Shown here: one piece after another, positions 62,133-64,000 of the stretch | How the letters are laid out: each line of letters opens with the position of its first letter | Position numbering within the stretch: position 1 is the first letter of the stretch | Assembly: GCA_013239625.1 (NCBI GenBank) | Contig: MU054323.1 | Coordinates: 8,421,220 to 8,485,219 of the forward strand | DNA: 64,000 nucleotides | Direction of reading: 5' to 3' | Source of the DNA: Lama guanicoe | Lineage: Eukaryota | Notes under the pieces: generated by a model | Told to the model about the DNA's origin: nothing | The model's database searches: none | Seen by the model: only the letters and a program-made list of their open reading frames with translations | Program-made: the position numbers and the translations under genes

Positions 62133-62423
62133 TTTTTTTTAAATTGAAGTACAGTCAGTTTCAGTATGTCAATTTCCAGTGTACAGCGCAATGTCCCACT
62201 CACACATATACATACATATATTCATTTTCATATTGTTTTTCATTAAAGATTATTACAAGATATTGAATATAGTTCCCTGTGCTATACAGAAGAGATTGGT
62301 TTTTTTTAATCTGTCTTTATATATAATGGCTAACATTTGCAAATCTCAAACTCCCACATTTATCCCTTCCCAACCTCTTTCCCCCAGTAACCATAAGACT
62401 GTTTACTATGTCCATGAGTCTAT
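62133..62423 (-). mobile_element. Young L1 3' end
   Basis: T-tail, L1 3'UTR motifs (gatattgaatatagttccctgtgctataca); TSD TGCCCTACTC at 62122-62131 and 62424-62433. Confidence 0.82.
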
Positions 62424-62809
62424 TGCCCTACTCTTGATGAAAGAGAACTGAAGAAGAAAAGGTGATTTGCAAGAATGAATTGTGGGTTATCTGAGTTTGG
62501 AGATTCCTTACACACATCTAATTTAATCTCCACAGAAGTTTCAACCACGCCCCTGACAGATCATCTGGCCCAGAACCCGGGACACTTAGTCCAGTGACAG
62601 AGAAGAGCCTGAACCAGGCATACTATCCCATTCTTACTGCCTTAATTGTAACTAAATTCTGTCTCTCTGCAACTTGTGCCCATTTGCCCTAGTTCTTCCC
62701 TCTGGAGGCACACAGAACAAAGAGCCGCCTCATTCATGTAAGGACTCTTCCCATATTGCACTTTACGGTAGGCTCCACCCTGCCCACCCCACTCATGTTC
62801 CCTCTAAGC

Positions 62810-62984
62810 AAGTAGCTCTCCAACTCCAGCATGACATCAGAATTACCTGGAAGGCTTATTTAAATGCAGCTCACTGGGCCCCACCCCCAGAACTTCTGAC
62901 TCAGTAAATCCGGTGTGGAGCCTAAGAATTTGCATTTTTATTAAGTTCTCAGGTGTGCTGAGAAGTAAACTTTGAGAACCACTG
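62810..62984. mobile_element. MER5A-like hAT MITE
   Basis: Perfect 8-bp TSD CTCTAAGC at 62802-62809 and 62985-62992; terminus TTTGAGAACCACTG. Confidence 0.88.
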
Positions 62985-63651
62985 CTCTAAGCAAATATGT
63001 TGCTCCCATTCTGTCAGCTATCAGTCCATGGCATTGTTTTTGTGCCACTCATCCTCATCTTGAAATGTGGCACCAAGCCTCCAGAATGGAGGTTGTGATG
63101 CTTCTCATAAGGCAGTGGCTTCCTGGAGACGGCAAGGAACAGCTAGAGAGGCAGAGGGCCCTGGGGAAGTGAAGCCCTAAGCAATGACCGTCTTTGGAAA
63201 GTAAGTGCCTTCAGCTCCCAGGCTGTCCAGCAGCCGCTATGCACTGACTATTCCAGAAAGGTCTATCTTCCCCTGCCCCTTTCCACTGCTAGGCTGGGGT
63301 CCTCTTCTACTCTGTCTCTGCCTTGTTTGGCCTTTCTCTGCTCCCCGAAGTCCTGAGTCCATGGGATGGCCACTGGCCACAGTACTACCTATAAAAGCCT
63401 CCAGGTGGCGCCTTAAGCTCATCAGTGTCTGCTTCTTTGGCTTAAGGTGCCAAGGCTGACTTAACCTAGGTGAACTGGTAAAGCCCAAGAAAGGCAGATC
63501 TATCCAGGTTACCATGGCCTCAATCCCAGCCTCCAGAGCAGCTCCAGATCAGCCCAAGCTTGAGTGTGAGTGAGGGGCCATGGTGGCCCTTCTGCTGCTA
63601 GGAGAATCCCTGGGGAAATTGTCCCTTTCAGGGCCAATCTCAAGGTTTAGG

Positions 63652-63843
63652 TTAAAATTGCCAGATTTAACAAATGAAAACACAGGATTCTCAGTTAAAT
63701 CTGAATTACAGATGACAATTTTTTTGTTTTTAGTGTAGATATGTCTCAAATAGTGTCTGTTACATATTTATATGAAAAAATTATTTGTTGTTTGTCCGAA
63801 ATTCAAATTCAGTTAAGTATCTTGTATGTATTTGGCAACTCTA
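63652..63843. mobile_element. MER53-like palindromic MITE
   Basis: ttgccagatttaacaaat...cagttaaatctgaatt mirrored by aattcaaattcagtt...tttggcaactcta. Confidence 0.85.
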
Positions 63844-64000
63844 GGTTTACTTACGTGAGTTTGCCACCTTCCCTTTAATATATGCTTATAGATTACCTGC
63901 CAGGCACATGTTAGATACTACAAAAATGAACAAGTGAAACTTCTGCATTTAGAGATTAGTTTGGGGGAAATACACATTAACAATTGTAGTAAAGAAAGCG

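Overview
Mammalian genomic DNA, most likely a camelid (alpaca, llama or camel), judged from nine tRNA-Ala-derived SINE copies of the vic-1 type. The window holds the complete coding sequence of DPYSL5 (CRMP5) on the + strand: 12 coding exons from ATG 7859 to TAA 51056. They splice to 1695 nt = 564 aa + stop, with all phases consistent. One intron is non-canonical GC-AG. The non-coding first exon and promoter were not recognised and probably lie upstream of the window. A ~2.4-2.8 kb 3' UTR with tandem poly(A) signals follows. The rest is intronic/intergenic and rich in repeats (L1, MIR, MaLR LTRs, hAT-type MITEs, SINEs). Nearly all other ORFs in the track are spurious. I found no convincing new protein-coding system. 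The most notable non-routine observations are: (1) a pair of very diverged ~400-bp direct repeats ~3 kb apart downstream of the gene, with a tRNA-iMet-like primer-binding site and a gag-like peptide, suggesting a fossil Gypsy/ERV-type LTR element; (2) a U6 snRNA/L1 chimeric retrocopy nested in intron 2; (3) a YCAY-rich minisatellite and an in-frame alternative acceptor in front of one exon; (4) microRNA seed sites partitioned by alternative polyadenylation. Repeat family names come from recalled consensus sequences, not a search, and repeat boundaries are approximate.
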